64,000 bases of DNA, taken from the human T2T-CHM13v2.0 reference genome, Homo sapiens. Position numbers and translations under genes: made by a program. Location of the stretch: NCBI RefSeq assembly GCF_009914755.1, contig NC_060927.1; one strand, 5' to 3'. Positions 60,405-64,000 of this stretch are shown here, piece after piece (the first letter of the stretch is position 1; each line of letters begins with the position of its first letter). The notes beneath the pieces were generated by a model. It was not told where the DNA came from. It worked only from the letters and a program-made list of their open reading frames with translations, and made no database searches.

Positions 60405-63400
60405 TTTTTTTGGCAGCTTGTATTCTAGATTCTGGAAGTATTTATGCAGGCTTGTTACATGGGTATATTGCACCCAGGTAGTGAGCATAGTACCCAATAG
60501 GTAGTTTTTCATTCCACACCCCCTTTCCTTCCTCCCCCTTCTAGTAGTCCTCAATGTCTATTGTTGCCATCATTATATCTATGTGTGCTCAGTATTTAGC
60601 TCCCAGTTATAAGTGAGACATGTGCTATTTGGTTTTCTGCTCCTGAATTAATTAACTTAGGTTTATGCCTCCAGCTACAAACACATTGATGCAAAGGACA
60701 TGATTTTTTTTTTTTTTTTTCAGTAACACAGTATTCCGTGGTGTATGTTTTCTTTATCCAGTTTACGATTTACCATCCACATTTTCTTTATCCAGTTTAC
60801 CACTGATGAGTACCTAGGCTGATTATATGTCTTTACTGTTGTGACTAGTGTGATGATAAACATATGAGTACATCTGTCTTTTTGGTATTCTGATCTGTTT
60901 TCCTTTGGGTATTATACTGGGTAATGTGATTGCTGGTCAAATGGTAGCACTGTTTGGAGTTCTTTGCAAAATCTCCAAACTACTTTCCACAGTGGCTGAA
61001 TAAATTTACATTCCCCCAACAGTGTATAAGGGTTCTCTGTTCTCTGCATCTTTGTCAGCATCTGTTGTTTTTTGACTTTTTAGTAACAGCCATTCTGGCT
61101 GGTATGAGATTATATCTCATTGTGGGTTATAATTTGCATTTTTCTGATAATTACTGATGATGAACACTTGTTTAAATATTTGTTGGCTACTTCTATTTCT
61201 TTTGAAAAGTGTGTGTTCATGTCCTTTTCCCTTTTATTAATGGGATTATTTGGTTTTTGCTTGTTGAGTTGTTTGAGTTCCTGATAGATTCTGGATATTA
61301 GCCCTTTGTCAGATGCATAGTTTGCAAATGTTTTCTCCCATTCTGTAGGTTATCCATACACTCTATTGATAGCTTCTTTCACTGTGCACAAGCTCTTTAG
61401 TTTGATTAGGTCACATTTGTCAATTTTTGCTTTTGTTGCAATTGTTTTAGGGGATTTAGCCAAAAATTTTGCCAAGGCTGATGATGAAAACGGTATTTCC
61501 TAGGTTTTATTCTAGAAAGGTGATAGTTTGAATTCTTAAATTTAAATCTTTAATTCATCTTAATTTTTGTATATGGTGAAAGGTAAGGGTCCAGTTTCCT
61601 TCTTCTGCATATGGCTAGCCAGTTATCCTAGCAACATTTATTGAACAGGGAGTCCTTTACTCATTGCTTCTATTTGTTGGCCTTGCTGGAAATCGGATGG
61701 CTGTAGGTGTGCAGCTTTATTTCTGAGTTTTCTATTCTGTTCCATTTTCCTATGTGTCTATCTTTGTACCAGTACCATGCTGTTTTCATTACTATATCCT
61801 TAGAGTTTAGTTTGAAGTCAGGTAGTGTGATGACTCCACTTTGTTCTTTTTGCTTAGGATTGCTTTGTCTTTTCAGGTTATTTTTGCTTCCGTATGAATT
61901 TTAGAATAGCTATTTTCTAACTATGAAGAATGACATTGGTAAATAGATAGGAACAATATTGAATCTGTAAATTGCTTGGAGCATTATGGCCATTTTAATG
62001 ATATTGATTCCTCCAATACGTGATTATGGAATGTTTTTCCATTTATTTGTGTCTTCTCTGATTTACTTAGGCAGTGTTTGGTAGTTTTCCTTATAGAGAT
62101 CTTTCATCTCTTTGGTTAGCTGAATTTCTAGGTATTTCATTTTCTTTGTGGCTGTTGTAAATGGGATTTCATTATTGATTTTACTCTCAATCTGGACATT
62201 ATTGGCGTATAGAAATGCTACTAATTTTTGTACATTGATTTTATATTGTGAAACTTTTGCTAAAGTCATTTATCAGTTGTAGTAGACTTTTGATGGAGTC
62301 TATAGGGATTTCTAGGTATAAAATAATATCATCATCACAGAGGGACAGTCAGGCTTCTTCTATTGGAATGTGTTTTCTTTCTTTCTCTTGCATGATTGCT
62401 TTGACTACAGCTTCAAGAACTAAGTTGAACAGGAGTGGTGAGAGTGAGCATCCTTGTCTTATTCTAGTTCCTAATAGAAATGGTTCCAGCTTTTGCCCGT
62501 TCAGTATGTTGTTGACTGTTGGAGTTTTATAGATGGCTTTTATTATTTTGAGGTATGGTCCTTCAATGCTAGTTTATTGAGGGTTTTTATCATGAATGGA
62601 TGTTGGATTTTATCAGATTAATTTTCTGCATATATTGTGATGATTATGTGGTTCTTATTTTTAATTCTGTTGATGTGGTGAATCACATTTATTGATTTGC
62701 ATATGTTGAACCAGCCTCGCATTCCAGGAATAAAGCCTACTTGATTGTGGTGTGCTAATTTTTTTGCTAGATTTAGTGTTGCTATATTTAGTTTGCTAGT
62801 ATTTCGTCGAGTATTTTTACATCTAGGTTCATTAGGGATATTCACCTGAAGTTTTCATTTTTCATTGTGTGTCTGGCAGATTTGGGTTATTAGGCAGATG
62901 CTGGCTTCATAGAATGAGTTAGGAGGAGCCCTTCTTCCTGAATTTTTTGGAATACTTTCAATAAGATTGGTACCAGGTCTTCTTTGCACATCTGGTAAAA
63001 TTCAGCTGTGAATCATCTGCTCCAGGGCTTTTATGGTTCATAGATTTTTTATATATCAGATTCAATTTCAGATCTCAATATTGGTATATTCAGGGTTTCA
63101 GTCTGTTTCTGATTCAGTCTGGGGAGATTGTATATTTCTCAGAATTTATCTATTTTCTCTAGATTTTCTAATTTATGTACATAGAGTAGTTCATAATATT
63201 CTCTGAAGATCTTTTGTATTCCTGTGGGATCAGCTGTAGTGTCATCTTTATCATTTCTGATTGTACTTATTTGGATCTTTTCTTTTTTTATTAATTTAGC
63301 TAGCCATTTATCAAACATTTTTGTTTTAAAGAATTGACTGTTGGTTTCTTTGATTTTTTTATGAATTTTTTTGCATCTCAATTTTATTCACTTCTCTAAT

Positions 63401-64000
63401 TTTAGTCATTTCTTTTCTTTGACTGGCTTTTAGGTTGGTTTGTTATTTTTTTCCTGGTTCTTTTAGGTTCAGAGTTAGATTAATTTGAAATCTTTCTAAG
63501 TTTTTGATGAAGGCATTTACCACTGTGAACTTTACTCTTTACACTGCTTTACCTGTATCCCAGAGATTTTGTTAAGTTTTGTCTCTATTTTTATTTAATT
63601 CAAAGAATTTTTTTTACTTTTGCCTTAATGTCAATATTTACCCAGGAATTATTCCAGGAGTCAGTTGTTTAATTTCCATGTGTACTTTTGAGAGATCTTG
63701 ATATTGATTTCTATTTTTACTGCACTGCTGTCCAAGAGTGTGCTTGGAATGCTTTTGAATTCTTTGCATTTATATACTTGCTTTATCACTGAGCATGCGG
63801 TCAATTTTAGATTATGTTCCATGTGCAGATGAGAAGAATGTATATTTGGTGGTTGATGGGTAGAGTGTTCTGTAGGTATCTATTAGGTTTAATTGGTAAA
63901 GTGTAAAGTTTAAATCCAGAGTTTGTTAGCTTTTCTCCTCAATGATCTGTCTAATGCTGTCAGTGATGTGTTGAAGTCCTCTACTATTATCATTTGGCTA
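60405..64000 (-). mobile_element. Older primate LINE-1 (L1PA13-16/L1PB-type), degenerate ORF2, runs off the window end
   Basis: ORF2p fragments in track ([17 protein letters not shown]; [29 protein letters not shown]; KIQISTIRNDK...KLENLEKIDKF); 3' UTR at ~60405-60620. Confidence 0.95.

Overview
AT-rich, CpG-depleted primate (most likely human) genomic DNA with no CpG island and no recognisable conserved protein-coding gene. Much of the window is interspersed repeat: 12 Alu/FLAM SINEs (10 on the minus strand), several 5'-truncated LINE-1s (a ~3.1 kb L1PA at 11568-14711, an older L1 from ~60405 off the right edge), L2/MIR relics, MaLR/ERV solo LTRs (MST, THE1, MLT1, MLT2, LTR1-like, LTR26-like, LTR16-like), DNA-transposon fossils (Tigger3b, Tigger4b, MER47, MER5, MER96, a hAT-Blackjack-type transposase relic) and microsatellites. 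Nearly all ORFs in the track come from these repeats or from chance. The non-repeat DNA carries several well-formed plus-strand splice-site pairs, suggesting a multi-exon, lncRNA-like transcription unit. Two of these candidate exons (43450-43575 and 45585-45679) join in frame to give a 70+ aa hydrophobic reading frame whose stop codon is the terminal TGA of an LTR. Other points of interest: an Alu+L1 composite inside one target-site duplication (TSD), a 70-nt hairpin in a GC-elevated unique block, and a ~350 bp alternating purine/pyrimidine tract. Repeat subfamily names come from my recall of consensus sequences and need RepeatMasker/Dfam confirmation; I could not identify the locus or gene. 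I see no evidence of a novel multi-gene system.
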